From: Vicugna vicugna
Lineage: Eukaryota
Direction of reading: 5' to 3'
Assembly (NCBI GenBank): GCA_013265495.1
Contig: MU057701.1
Location: 930,001 to 994,000 of the forward strand
DNA length: 64,000 nucleotides
Shown here: in pieces, positions 13,818-28,330 of the stretch
How the letters are laid out: every line of letters starts with the position of its first letter
How positions within the stretch are numbered: the first letter of the stretch is position 1
Notes under the pieces: generated by a model
What the model was told of the DNA's origin: nothing
Databases searched by the model: none
Seen by the model: only the letters and a program-made list of their open reading frames with translations
Translations under genes and position numbers: made by a program

Positions 13818-15139
13818 ACATTTTTTAGTTCAAATCTATTAATTATTATGAATTCTACCTTCAAAGTCATGCTTCTAGTCTTTTTCTCTACTCCAGATAT
13901 ATAAATATTCAGCTATATATTCTACAAGTACTTTATTTTTTTTAAAGGTTACCTAGTTAAGTTGGAATCATAAAATGTCCAAGCACCACTCACATACTTT
14001 GATACAATTAGTCGATCAGTAAGTACCTAGAACTTCAGTAGGAAAATGTTGATATCCTGGGGTGATGTGTTAAGCAGTCCTTTTCCTGTACAGCCTACGT
14101 AACCCACACAGGATGGATGTGCCCAGGGTTTTGTTTGGAATTTAATCAGGCGGGGTGCATTTTTGCAGTGTTCTTGTTTACACATTTTTCCCCCATCTAC
14201 ATAAAGTGAAACTATCAAAGACGAATGTGTTAAATATGTGTGTGTGTTTGTGTGTGTGTGTGTGTATATATATATGTCATAAAATTGTACATTTTCACTT
14301 TTATATGCATAATTCAGTGATGAATTACATTTATTTCGGCCTTTAAATTTTTATCCACCAGGGTGACTTTGGCATATAGTGTGAAGTAGAATTTTTCTTC
14401 AAATACAGGTTGCCCCATGGTTGCCACATGCCAGCTTATTAATGAATTGTTCCTTTCTCTGCTTATTTCAAATGACATCCTCAACATACGTGAAATTCTT
14501 ATGCTGAATACAGTTAGACCTGTTCCTGTGTTAAGTTCAGTTCCACTGATGTTTGTGTCCTCCATGCTTTTCATTATCATGGCTTTATAATGTTTTTTAA
14601 TGTCTCCTTGATTAAATTTTCTCTTATTAGTTTTATTTTTCAAGTGTTTTCTTAGATAATCTTAAACTTTTATTTTTTGACTGAACTTTCAAATCATTTT
14701 CTCAAGTTCTAAAATAATCATTGAGATTTAGTTTGGAATTGTATTATCTGTCAATCTGTCAGTCCTAGAGTGATTTGGGATCATTGGCCTTTTACTCTCC
14801 TGGATTTTTGTGTCCTGTTGGATATGGAATTTTCCTTCAAACATAACAGGACCTAATGTTATTTCAGGTAGATTTAGCTCAGTATATTCCAAAATAGTTA
14901 CCTGTGTACCACCCTAATAATTTTTGTCATTTCTCCATCCTATCTCTGCTATTACATACTAGCATCTTTATTCATATCAGCTAATATTGTTCCCTTAAGT
15001 TTTAAGTAGACACTTTATATCATTACCAACATAATCTGTAAGTCAATATCACTCATCGCCAATATAACAATAAAAATTTTTTTAAAAAATGATGTTATTA
15101 AAGTCTAATACAAGGGTCACAAAATCAGAGATTTTATTC

Positions 15140-15343
15140 TTTTTTTAAATTTTATTTTTTGACAGTTTTTTGGGGGGTAATTAGGTTTATTGATTTTTAT
15201 TTTAGTTTTTTGGGTTTTTGTTTTTTGTTGGGGGGGGGTAATTAGGTTTATTTACTTATCTATTTCTCTTTAGAGGAGGCACTGGGGATTGAACCCAGGA
15301 CCTCATGCATACAAAGCACACATTCTACCACTGAACTATACCT
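15140..15343 (-). mobile_element. tRNA-derived SINE (Vic-1-like) with a duplicated tail
   Basis: Same core; the ggggggtaattaggtttatt tail motif occurs twice. Confidence 0.8.
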
Positions 15344-15743
15344 TCATTTTGTTCTTAATTCTGGATTCCTCCTTTTTGTATATGTAATATACTTAATTAA
15401 TTGTTTGCATGTGAAAATATGTATACTTAGATATGTATTGATCATGTTGGCACAGTGTTTCCTTTATCTCAAACCAAAAGAGCTGTTCTCTCTAGTTAAC
15501 CGAACATAAAGACCTTTCTTAACAGTAACCAAGATTTATATTTTGGACCCCGAATCAAAAACAAGATTGGAAAAGTGCTCCTCTTTTCTTCGTGAATTGC
15601 TGAGTAGTCTTCGCTGGTAAACTGGTTGGTTCCAGGACTGCTTGGGCAGGATACGTGTTTTCTTGCTTGTCAGAACTGCGGGCAGTATTCACATTGGAAC
15701 AACCTTAAAGCTTTGAAAATCTTTTACATTTTGTGTTTTTAAG

Positions 15744-15930
15744 ACCTTGCCACCATGGAAGAAAGAGTACAAAGAAGATATTATGAAAAGCTGACGGAAT
15801 TTGTAGCAGATATGACCAAAATTTTTGATAATTGTCGTTACTACAATCCAAGTGACTCCCCTTTTTACCAGTGTGCAGAAGTTCTTGAATCATTCTTTGT
15901 GCAGAAATTGAAAGGATTCAAGGCTAGCAG
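15744..15930 (+). CDS. BPTF: BPTF coding exon: bromodomain C-terminal part ([13 protein letters not shown]...NCRYYN...KGFKAS)
   Basis: tttaag| acceptor and AG|gtaagc donor; conserved NCxxYN; 187 nt. Confidence 0.96.
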
Positions 15931-17569
15931 GTAAGCAGATGTGTTGAGTGCGCTGAATTAATGCAGCTCTTCAGATTCTATACTGTCCTAACAGCCAATG
16001 CAGTTTATGGTAAACCTGCAAATAAAGAATCTTAAAAAAAAAAATTTAAGACTCTAGCATTATGATATACTGTCAAGGACAAGTGGACAGACTCAGTCAT
16101 GAGGAATTGCTGAGTTTGTTTTTATGATCTGCTTAAAATTTGAATCATTTTTTAAAATACAAACAACATACGAATGTAAGATACTGTCTTAAATGCCACA
16201 GGGCCCTTAGAAAGGTAACAGTAAGAGTTCTTGCTCTCACTGAGTTTACAGAAGTACAAAAAACGACTATTCTGTAGGGGAGAGTAAGGGGGAGACCACG
16301 GAGGAGGACATGTAAGCACTTTTTCTTTCATTTGAGCTTGCTGTATCTTTGAAATCATAAAGTGTTTTATTTTCCTGGATATTTTTTCTGTAGGCAAAAC
16401 TGGACTTTAATCTAAGTCCACAGACCTTTTCTTTGAACCTGTAGTAACATGAAGGCACCGAGCACCTTTGCATGGTATTCGGGTACTGTGATCTTCACGC
16501 CTTCTGTTTCTGAACACCCCCTTCTTCCCCCTCCTTCCCAAGCCGGTGACTTTCTTCCTTTCAACAGAGGCCTGTTTTCCTTTCTTTTGAGAGCTGCCAC
16601 CGCTCTGTAGCCCCAGGATTCATTGCTCACCAGCCCCCAGCGCTCAAGCTTGATCCTCCCTAGGTAGTCAGAGGGTGGGTCTCGCCCGGGATGGGGGGCC
16701 TGGGCATCTTTATTATCTGATGAACTCCGAAGGGACTGTGCATACCAAAACGTAAGAATCAGTGCTGTACCTCGTAATTTTTAGGAAAAACCCTTAAGGT
16801 GTTTTGTTTCTCTCCTTCTCCTATAGCAAGGTAGATCAAGGACTGTATTTTAGAGTCAGTTACATAAACTGCAAGTGAAAGACAAGCCCAACTGAAGTAT
16901 CCTGTCTCCTTCTCAGCAAAGGAATCAAAAACTATAGGGAGGGAAGGAAGGCAGGCAGGCAGGCAGGCAGGCAATATAGACCAGTAGACTTCACAAATCT
17001 CTAAAGCTTTCCTATTTTTATCATTACCTGTTAACCCATTAGCTGTGAAACTTAAAATATAAGAGGACTGACAATATGACAGAGTCCACAGGAAGCTAAT
17101 AATAAAGGAATAAAAAGGGATAAACTCAGAGTAGTGAAAAGAATATGGTAGAAGTTAGTTAGCTGAGGAGATTTCAGCAGATTCTGGAATGCACAGCGCA
17201 GATGCAGGAGGGCCGGCTGTTGGAGGCAGGCGGGCTGCAGCCAGACCCCTCCCGGAGGGCTCCTCAGCAGAGGTGGCAGCCTTCCCACTCACAGGACCCC
17301 AGACGGCCTCCAACACAGAGGTTCTAGAGCAGAGTAGAAAGCCAGAGAGTAAGAGAAGAGAGGAATCAACTGAATCTCTGTATGCGGGCCAGGCACCCTC
17401 CCTGACCCCTGTGTACACATCTGCGTAGGAAGCCCAAAGAACCGGAGGGACACAGGGTTCTTCTCCAAAGAGAGAGAGTAAACTGTCTGCAGAGAACTAG
17501 GGTCGACAGAAGAGAATTGGACCCAGAGAAAATCCCCTGCTCTCTGAAGGATCGGCTCCCTCTTTCTAA

Positions 17570-17794
17570 CATTGTGGCTCAACATGATAATTCACCCACC
17601 TCCACCCCAGAAGGAATATTTAGCAACCTGGCGACATTTCTGTTTGGCACACTTGGAGGTGGAAAGTGGTACTGGCATCTCAAAGGCAGAGGCCAGAGAT
17701 GCTGCTAAACATCCTACAGGGCACAGGACAGCCCCCCACAACAAAGAATTATCCAGCTCCAAAGTGTCAGTGGTATTGAGATTGAGAAACTCTG
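17570..17794 (+). mobile_element. MER20-like hAT DNA transposon relic
   Basis: gatgctgctaaacatcctaca..gcacaggacagcccc..caacaaagaattatc..ttgagaaactctg matches the recalled MER20 consensus. Confidence 0.8.
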
Positions 17795-19775
17795 GTCTAA
17801 AGCAAAGCCTGCCAGTCAGTAAGCTGTACACACGGGCACAGGGCCCTCCAGGCACCTGCCCGGGCTGTTAACTTACTCTTCTTAGGTGGGAACGGACAGC
17901 CAGGAACAGCCAGATACTGAAGGAAGGCCTTCAGTGTGAAAGAGAAAGGTCAGTGTAACGAAAAATAGACGCCAGAGAGAACAAAAGAGAACTTTAAAAG
18001 CAAGCCAAATCATGTCCCGAAAGAAAATTTAGAAGATATTGCAACTTCAAAATGGTGAACAGGATATTAGGAATAAAGAACAATCTGAGAAAAAGAGTAA
18101 CTGGAAAAAATTTAAACTTACTGCAAGCATTGAAAGTTCAAATCAATGAACTCTCTCAATGTAAAGAACAAAAAGACAAGGAGATGAAAAATACAAGAAA
18201 AAAATGTTACAGAGTACCCAGTATTCACTTAATGGAAATTCCAGAAAGAGAAGACAGACAGAGGAGAGGAAACTATGAAAAGACCACTAATATAAGAAAA
18301 ATTGCCAGAGCCACCCGGCTGAGAGGCCCAAGAACAAATCCAAGCAGAACAAGTCATTCACTCAACAAATGGTTCTTGAGCCCCTGCTGTGTGTCAGATA
18401 TTGAATGTAGCAGTGGCTAAAACAAAGTTCCGGCTCTCTGTGGGGCTTACATTCTTGTGGGAGAGGAAGACCGAGCCAGGGCGGGGCCGGGGAACCATGA
18501 GGACAGTTGATAAACAAACATACAGGCCAGCTGGGCAAATGGGAAGGGTCCACCCCACAGACACAGGAGTGTAAAATTTCCAGATGCCAAGGACAAAAAG
18601 CTCTTCTGAAAGCTTCTGGAGAGGATAAAGCAACCTATAAAGTAACAGGAATTAGACTGGTATCAGCTTTTCTCTAAGAACACAGAATGCTAGAAGATTA
18701 TAGTGGAATAAATCCAAAAGTTTGAGGAAAAATGACTTTCAGCCTAGAAGTCTGTCCAGGCAAACAACCAATTGTAGAGGCAGAATAAATACATTTTCAA
18801 GTCACACAAGGACTCAGAAAGGGCCTCCTTCCTGTGCATCCTTCCTTTTTAGCAAGTTATTTTAAGACGTGCACTAGCAAAATAAAGAAGCAAATTAAGA
18901 AAACAGAAGACCTTGGATTTCAGGAGAGCAATGGGAGTTACTCTGACGCAGGGTGACGGTTGTACGGCAGGCCTGTGCAGCAGGTAGTCCAAGTTGGAGC
19001 AGGGAAACGGAGCCCTCCCAGGAGGGATGTGACTGGAGGGAAAAAAATTAGTTAATTTAAGAATGTAAGGGGGGAAATGAAAGGCAATTAGAAACTCCAT
19101 GAAAAGCAAAAAGTTGTGTAGGTCACTAAGAATGCCCTCTTAGGTAAAGAGTAGGTGCTACAGAGAAAAGTACTTACCTAGTCATAATAATGTTAACAGT
19201 ATGTTGATTTTCGACTTTCAGAATCAGTCTGTAGACAAAGCCTGGGAAGGCTGCATTTTAACTTTAGTTTAATTTTAAATTGTAGAGAAATAAAACTTGG
19301 ACTCAAGAAGGGAGGAGGGAAATGGTTACATGAGCTCATTTCTCATTTGCCATAACAGGATTTAAACAATATAAAATATAAGATAGCAGTGTATGAAATC
19401 TGTCAAAGAACTGGAAGTTCAAAGTGATTGATGCTGGAGAGCTCGGTCTTGAGGTTGGGCAAGACAAGACGGGGCCGCAGCTTACCATAAACCCTCCGTG
19501 CTTTTGATTCGTACCTCATGTAGTTATTACTCTGATTCAATTTCTCAGAGTGCTTTTTTTAATTGGAAAGGCTTTAGCATTTGAAGGTAACTGTGAGGTG
19601 GCAGCTGAGGGGTTTGAATCCCACCCTGCTGAGGGGCTCACAGGCAGAACCCCGGGTGGGAGTGGCAGCAGCCGCTGCCGAGGGGAGTTCTGCACAGTAA
19701 AGGGGCCACTTAGGAGAGCTTGCCACCTGGTTACTTTATGTAGCTTCTTATTATATTCTAGTTTATATAATTTTT

Positions 19776-19881
19776 AAATTTTACTTATTTATTTGTTTGT
19801 CTGATAGCAGTACTAGGAATTGAACCCAGGACCTTGTGCATGCTACGCAGGCGCTCCACCACTGAGCTATACCTTCCCCCC
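19776..19881 (-). mobile_element. tRNA-derived SINE (Vic-1-like)
   Basis: Same core; TSD TATATAATTTTT at 19764-19775 and 19882-19893. Confidence 0.85.
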
Positions 19882-20967
19882 TATATAATTTTTTATTAAA
19901 GAGCACAGGAGCCAGTTGACAAGTATACTCACATCTGCTTAAGTAAATAAAATGTGAAGAGATGTTAGGGAATTTTTGTTGATTTCTAGATTTAGGGGGG
20001 AATGAAACATACATGTAGCCAGTCATTGAAATTTATTTATGGATTTCCAGTATTTGCCGTATATTCTCTCCATTTTAAATTTATGCTCTCTGGCATTATT
20101 TTCATAACTGCTCTTTGTTATAATTCACCATTTATGCCATCCGTGTTCTTTCTTTTCTTACAGATTGTGATATCTTTAGTCTGAATTTTTAACTGGAATC
20201 AGAACTGGATGTTGGGGTCACTCTGTCTCTTATTGTACCACGTGATTACCTAATTCATAATTGCCCCCCAAAGTTCAGATTAGCTAATACAATTTTTTAA
20301 TGTTTTTTTAAAAAGATGTATAGTAGTAAACAATTTATTCTAGCAGCCATGTTGAACAATGTATTTAAGAATTGTAAACTCCTGGAATACTGTATTTATA
20401 TACACTTACTGCAACAGAACATGCTTGATAACTGTACAGTAATTTTGTTTTACTAACGAAAGTTGTGAATAAAACTGTGAAACTAGAAAGGAGACTTTCT
20501 GGACTTTGATAGAAACATGTGATTTTTAATACTGCTTTTTCTCAACATTTTTTCTTTCATCTTCCCCAGCTCAATGTGAATAAGTGTGCACACACACACA
20601 CACACTCATGCACGCATACACACTCATGCACACACACTTTTTACCTCAGTGGTAATGTTTCTGTAAATGTCTCTATTTGTCCCTGTGTCTAAAAATGTTG
20701 TATTTGACAAACACACATAAATATATATATATTTATACCTTTTTTAATATTGGCTTTTTCCAGTGAATTGTCATGTTTAGTGTACAGTGAGAAATTTTAG
20801 TATTATAGGTTAAAAATTTCTTACTTGTTCTCATATATTGCTTGCCAAGGGTGAATGAAAGTACATGACTGCTTCCCTCAGACAGACTGACCTTGGCGTC
20901 CACATAAAGCATCATGTTTTCAAAAATGAAGGGTGCTTAATTGTTCCCTTTTTTCTGTATTCTGTAG

Positions 20968-21004
20968 GTCTCATAACAACAAACTGCAGTCTACAGCTTC
21001 TTAA
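20968..21004 (+). CDS. BPTF: BPTF terminal coding segment (SHNNKLQSTAS*)
   Basis: ctgtag| acceptor; in-frame TAA at 21002-21004; matches the recalled BPTF C-terminus. Confidence 0.93.
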
Positions 21005-23890
21005 AGTTCACCGTGTTAACCTAACATAAAACACAGCAAGAATCTGGTTGTCTGAACTATTTTAAATTAAGGAGCCAGATGTTTTTAGTCAGGTTATCCT
21101 GACAAGACTTGACCTAAACTTCGTTTTTATTGGTAATAACAGTCCAATTATATTCTTGGCCAATTTTGTCCAACGGACAAAGGAAAAGCAAAGTCAACGA
21201 CACCATTATCTTGTCAAGATCAAATGGTTTTACTCTTGTGGCAGAAGCGGGAAAACTTTGTTTATTGAAAAAAAAAAGAAAAAAGAAAGCAAGAAAAAAA
21301 GATAATATGGGGTCAAGTGTAACTCCATGGAAATGCCACGTCTGCTCTTCAGTGAAGAAGCTGGTTTAGAGTCTCACAGAAAACTTTTGACTGTATTTAT
21401 TTATTGTTGCAAAAAAGACGCTTTTTTATTGCTGCCCTCATTTGTCAGCTAATTATTTTTTCTTATAAAATCCAGCCCCGGTTACATGTAATCCATTCTG
21501 TATCTTATCATGATTCCTGTAGGTAAAAGTACAAGACGACCTCTAGATGTCTTTTCTTTCTATGAAAGGAGCTGCTATGTACACATGTGCACAAACACAC
21601 AACTGGGAATCAACGAGTTTATTGTTCATGGTAGATAAAAATTACGCTTGCATAAAGGTTGGGCAAAGTGGTCCTGGACTACAGACTCTGTTGCCTTGAA
21701 TAGAACAGTCCAATTTGTCATTTCCTCTGCACCAGGCTAAAATGAGTAAAATCTATTTGAAGGTATCTTGTTTGTAAACATTTGTCAGATTCTAATTTTT
21801 TTCTTTTTGTATTAAAATTCAACTATGGATGTATATGAAACAAAATAAATGGAGACAATTTTTCTCCCACAGACGGTGTCTTTGAATGTGCACTAATGAT
21901 TACCTGTAAGCCTTTGAGGGGAAAGGGAGGGCTGCAAGGTAAATCAAAGGCAGAAGGATCTGACTGTACCTGGATTTCTGCAGGGTAGGAGTGGTCCTTC
22001 ATTTTCTAGTTCCCAGCCCACTGTCATCACGTCGAAGAAAAATCTTCAGGGGTGCTAATCCTGTTGCATCGATCGGTCGGACTAATAAAAAAGGAAGTGT
22101 GACAAAATACGCATTGCCTTCCTCTGTGCATTATATGACACCAGGCAAGTTACCAGCTACAGACCGCTACTTATATTTTATGAAGGATTTTTTTTTTGGA
22201 TGACTTCATCCTTTTTGTATTTTGTTTGTTGGTTGAGTTGTTTTGGGGTTTTTTCCACATAAGAAAAAGTAGTGTAAGTAGTAGGGGGGGAAATGGAAAC
22301 AGCAGAGGAAGGTGTGTTCTGCCTGTTTTTTCTTTCAGTGTCCTAACCTCACACATTGTATTTCTACCTTGTAATAATAGCGTCTGTAAGATCTGCCATA
22401 GTTGGTTTACGCAGCTTTGCAAAAATTTTACTAGATTTTGCACTAATTCGTATTAGCTTTGTCCTACCAAGTTCTGGAATTTATCTAATTACTGTTTTTT
22501 AAAAGTTTCCTTCTGTTTAATACTGCCCTGCTATGCAAAACCTTGCCCGGATCTTAGTTTCTTAAAAGAAAGACATTGCTACCGTTCCTGATTCTTTCTT
22601 ACTACAGGCTCAGGTGTACCAGTTATTCCGGGTTAATTTTATCTAATGAAGCCCATTCCTTTTTGTACATAAAAATGTCACTTAAACCTGTGCTTACAAA
22701 CAAAAGAGACTAATTGCTCAATATTGAAACCATGGAAACAAAGTTTTTGCCTAAAATATTAACATTGGAAGTAGTCAAATGTAGGTTATTTTGTCCTTTT
22801 ACTTTTTAAAAAATGTTACATGTTGTATGCACTGTGCTGATGCAAGAATCCTACATTTTAATGAATTATAAAATTATTCTGCATCTCATCAAGTCACAGT
22901 ATTTCTGTACTATTTATTCATATATATACAGATACAGATATATATATGGGCTTAACCATTTACAACTTGTTGCGGCAAGAACTTTCCTACCTGTAGGCAA
23001 TAGATTGCTATGTTTTTAACAGATTGTGGCAAATTCTAAACAGCAATTCTTTTTGTACGTAATAGGACATTTCATCCTAGAAAAATAAAGTAATGTTTTT
23101 GACATTGGATTTGGTGCAGTTTCTAAAGAAACAATGGTTGGTTGGTTAATATATTTTCTGTAAATGTTGGCACTGCCAAAGTGTATAAAAAAGGGTAAAT
23201 TTTATGGGACTCCTCAGACTGGGAACATGTTAATTTCGTATGTGTATTTAGTATTATAAAGCCTTTTGCAAAGTCTATCACCATATAAATACACAGGCAT
23301 TTTACAGTTTTATCAAGTACAGAGCTTTAGTCTTTCAAAAGTAATTCTTGGGAAAACATGCATTCTTATAACATATTATGAGTTTCAAAAGTTGCTTTTC
23401 TATGAATATTTGACAAGCTTCTGCTACTCAGATGGGATACATATATTACAGCTATTTTGCCTTCAATATTCCAAGTAGTAGAATGCACATTTGTTATACT
23501 GTTGGGATTCAGATTCTACCCAGTCTTTGGGCTTGTAAATATACTTCATTTGCATCAATAGATTTCCTCTGCTGAAAGTATTTTCAATGCCTTTTATTTT
23601 TCATCTGCCAAGTTCACAATCCTTGAAACCATTTCATAAAAAGTATTTTCATGGTCAGGCTTTTTTCACCTACCCAAATTCTGCAGGATTTCTATTTCAA
23701 CTAATGCCCTGCAGTAGTTTAAAAAATATATATATGAACTTTCAGAGATATTTTCTAAAGTAAAACAATTACCTTTTTATATTTCAAGTGGCCTGGAGTG
23801 TTATTAAGAGACACTGAGATTTGCTGTTGTTTATGTAATCTGCCTTCCTGGAATGTTTGAATAAAAGTTCTTTCCTTATTTCTCTTCATT
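21005..23890 (+). other. BPTF: BPTF 3' UTR with several candidate poly(A) signals; the 3' end is approximate
   Basis: AATAAA at 21844, 22084, 23084 and 23860; AU-rich; no obvious interspersed repeats; Pumilio-type TGTAHATA at 22664 and 23534. Confidence 0.65.
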
Positions 23891-26063
23891 TGCTAGGCAA
23901 CTGCCCTGCATCTTTTGTGTGTTTCTGATATTAAACAGCCAGCCTGATGACCTTGTAAATCTGCACACACAGCCTCATGACGGAGGCTATTACCCATAAG
24001 TCTCATATTTGTTGTCCTTAGAATGAGAATGGTGGTCTCTCAAGGGCAAATAAGTGCTACTTTTTTTGTGATAAAGTCCTGTACCTGAAATTGAAGTTAC
24101 ACATTGTAGGTAGTGGGTCAGTTTTTAGGTGTTTGCATATACAAGTGTTTGATCAACTTAAAAAAATGATTTTAAGAGAAATATAAACTAACAGTATCAA
24201 ATGATATCTTTAATTAAAAGACAGTAAAAAGCTAGTCGTCCCCCCGCCACCGCCAAAAAAAAAAGGCATATGTTTTATAGACCTTTCCCTACCAAAAGAA
24301 AAACGTTTTTCTGCTTGAGTTCTAACAGCTTGTCGAAGGAGGAACATGCTGAGTTACTCTTGGCAACAGAATATTTTATTGATGAGGGACTTGTGCACCT
24401 AATCCTTCAGTTTTCAGAACACAAACCCATGTGCTAAGGAAAATCTATCAATAGGACAAAAGGACTAGGAACTACAGTGAATTTGTGAATTAAAATGTTC
24501 CATAAAATTCAAAGGTTGTATCCAAGGTACTGACTGAATATTGAGATTCTTTTAAACGTTTTTGCCTAACCTGGAATTCCCAGTCTCGTTCACTGCCTCC
24601 CGAGTACACCCCCCAGACGCACAGCTGGTCTACCTCATTTGCACCTCACTTATCTTTCATTGCAAACCTGGGCTTCAGTGATGGCCTTAATTTTAATGAG
24701 GCAGTTTCTAAAAAGCTGGCCTGCCTGTGTTTGCCAAGGTATACATGGGTCTTCAATGGCCACACAGAAGAACTGAATATGTACAGGATGTCAGGACAGG
24801 ACAGAGGCTTCACAGCGTAAGACCCTGTGTGCTATTACAGACTAAAAACACATCTTGAGCTCCCGAATGCATCTCCTCTGAGACCAAATGGGCTGTTTTT
24901 CTCTCTTCAGTGCGGTTCCTTTTTATCCTTTCTTGAGGTAGTTAATATTCAATCATGGATGATCAGTGTCTGTTCACAGTGTTTCAAATTTAACTGCAGC
25001 ACAGCCTGGTCTTCTGAAAAAAAAGTTGTTAATGTCTTTATAGACTCAGGTATAAAATTAATCTTAAATTCAGTTAGCGATGAAATCTTTTTCAAGCCAA
25101 CCGGAAAACATTTAAAATTCACATGTTTGCAAGCCGTCATTAAATATTGGTTCCAGGGATTTTGGAGTAAGTTTGAGAAATGCTTTTTCCCAAACCTTTT
25201 GGGGCTCAGTGAGGCTAAAAAGCAAAAAAAAAACAAAACAAAAAAGAACCACAAAACCCAAAAAACCAGCTGCATCCAAGATCTGATTTCAAGGCAAGAT
25301 TTACTGCTTTATAAACACAAACATGATACTTGGTCTTAATAGAAAAATGACATCAGATATACCCAGAATATGTTTGGCATCGGGATAGCTGCCAGTATGG
25401 CACAAACATGATTTTAGAAGCAGGAGGTGTGGTGTGAAAAACTGTATCTTCTATCTTCGTACATCAGGAACACTTGTTAGAACAAACACTTGTTTGCTTG
25501 AATTAAGCCCTTCAGTACTCTTTTAAGTGTAAAACTTCTAATACTTGTCTTGGGCTCTGACTTTAGTGTTCGATCTAAATGTGATCTAAATGACATTTCA
25601 TATGTCTGACTAGTGCACTTAACTGTTATGTACAGAATTTTAAATGTGATGGTTTTAGTATAAAATTTGGTTTGACTCAAGATATAAACTATTCAAAACT
25701 GTATATTTAAAATCAAGGAAGTGTTTTTGTGAACTATTTCTACGGAAGAATGTATTTAAATTAAAATAATTAAAAATAAACAACATGAAGCAGTGATCTG
25801 TTAACTGGACAGGTCAGTTATCTGAGCTCTGTGACTGACCGGCACTACAGCTGAATAACTTTGCCCCGGAGCTTAGAAGCATACCATTTAAGAAGCATTT
25901 TGTGAATCAGAAAGTGACAACTTCAAGATCAGAGTCTGAACTCTGCAACTAGTTCTTAAAGGAGCTATGTGCCCTAAGCTAAAGGAAAATCCCATTACAT
26001 GAGGATAGACCTCCTGCCTTATCGCTGAATTCCAAGTCTCATGATCCAGAAATGCCAGGCTGG

Positions 26064-26158
26064 TTTTTTTTTTTTTAAATGGAAGTACTGGGGATTGAAC
26101 CCAGGACCTCATGCATGCTAAGTTCATGCTCTACCACTGAGCTACACCCCACCGCACT
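26064..26158 (-). mobile_element. tRNA-derived SINE (Vic-1-like) in the C17orf58 3' UTR
   Basis: Same core; TSD AGGCTGG at 26057-26063 and 26159-26165. Confidence 0.85.
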
Positions 26159-26171
26159 AGGCTGGGATGTT

Positions 26172-26384
<213 letters not shown>

Positions 26385-26902
26385 TTATAAATTCATAGCA
26401 TCATTTAAATTCCATGAAACTCTAAGAAAATATAAGGCCTTTAAGAAATGCCTAAGCTTGAGTCTATTATCTTGCTGCACCTGTTGAATCTCAGACATTT
26501 AACCCTCAGGCAACAGGTGGAAACAGCCTAGTGACTGTTATAAAACAGATTATTCAGCCTGCAGATAGCCAACACTACGAAACAAAGGTCCTAAACACAA
26601 TGAAACAGTGGGATTTTACAGAGAACATATCTAGAAAGTGGGTTGGGCATTACCCTGTACAAACACACACACACACTCTCACGCCCACCCCCCACCCCCA
26701 ACACTTAAAAACTCAGTCTAAACAGCTCCTTAGGCATCCCTTCTGGAAACGGTATTCCGTCATTCACTCCATTTGTCAACAAATATTTTACTGAGTGCCT
26801 GCTTTATTACTATCCGTGGTGTTTCCATCTTTAACAGCCCGAGGCGGGGGGTCGCTGATAGAATTTAAATCATAGAGTAGCCGAAATAATACCTGTCGCC
26901 TA

Positions 26903-27313
<411 letters not shown>

Positions 27314-27316
27314 TCA

Positions 27317-28330
<1,014 letters not shown>

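Noticed and set aside
18052..18800. Lys-rich 122-aa ORF in the last BPTF intron
   Set aside because: A-rich decayed L1 ORF1/HAL1-like sequence interrupted by other relics; not a gene
24827..25339. 170-aa plus-strand ORF antisense to the likely C17orf58 3' UTR
   Set aside because: GTG start, no recognisable domain, runs through a low-complexity A-tract; most likely chance
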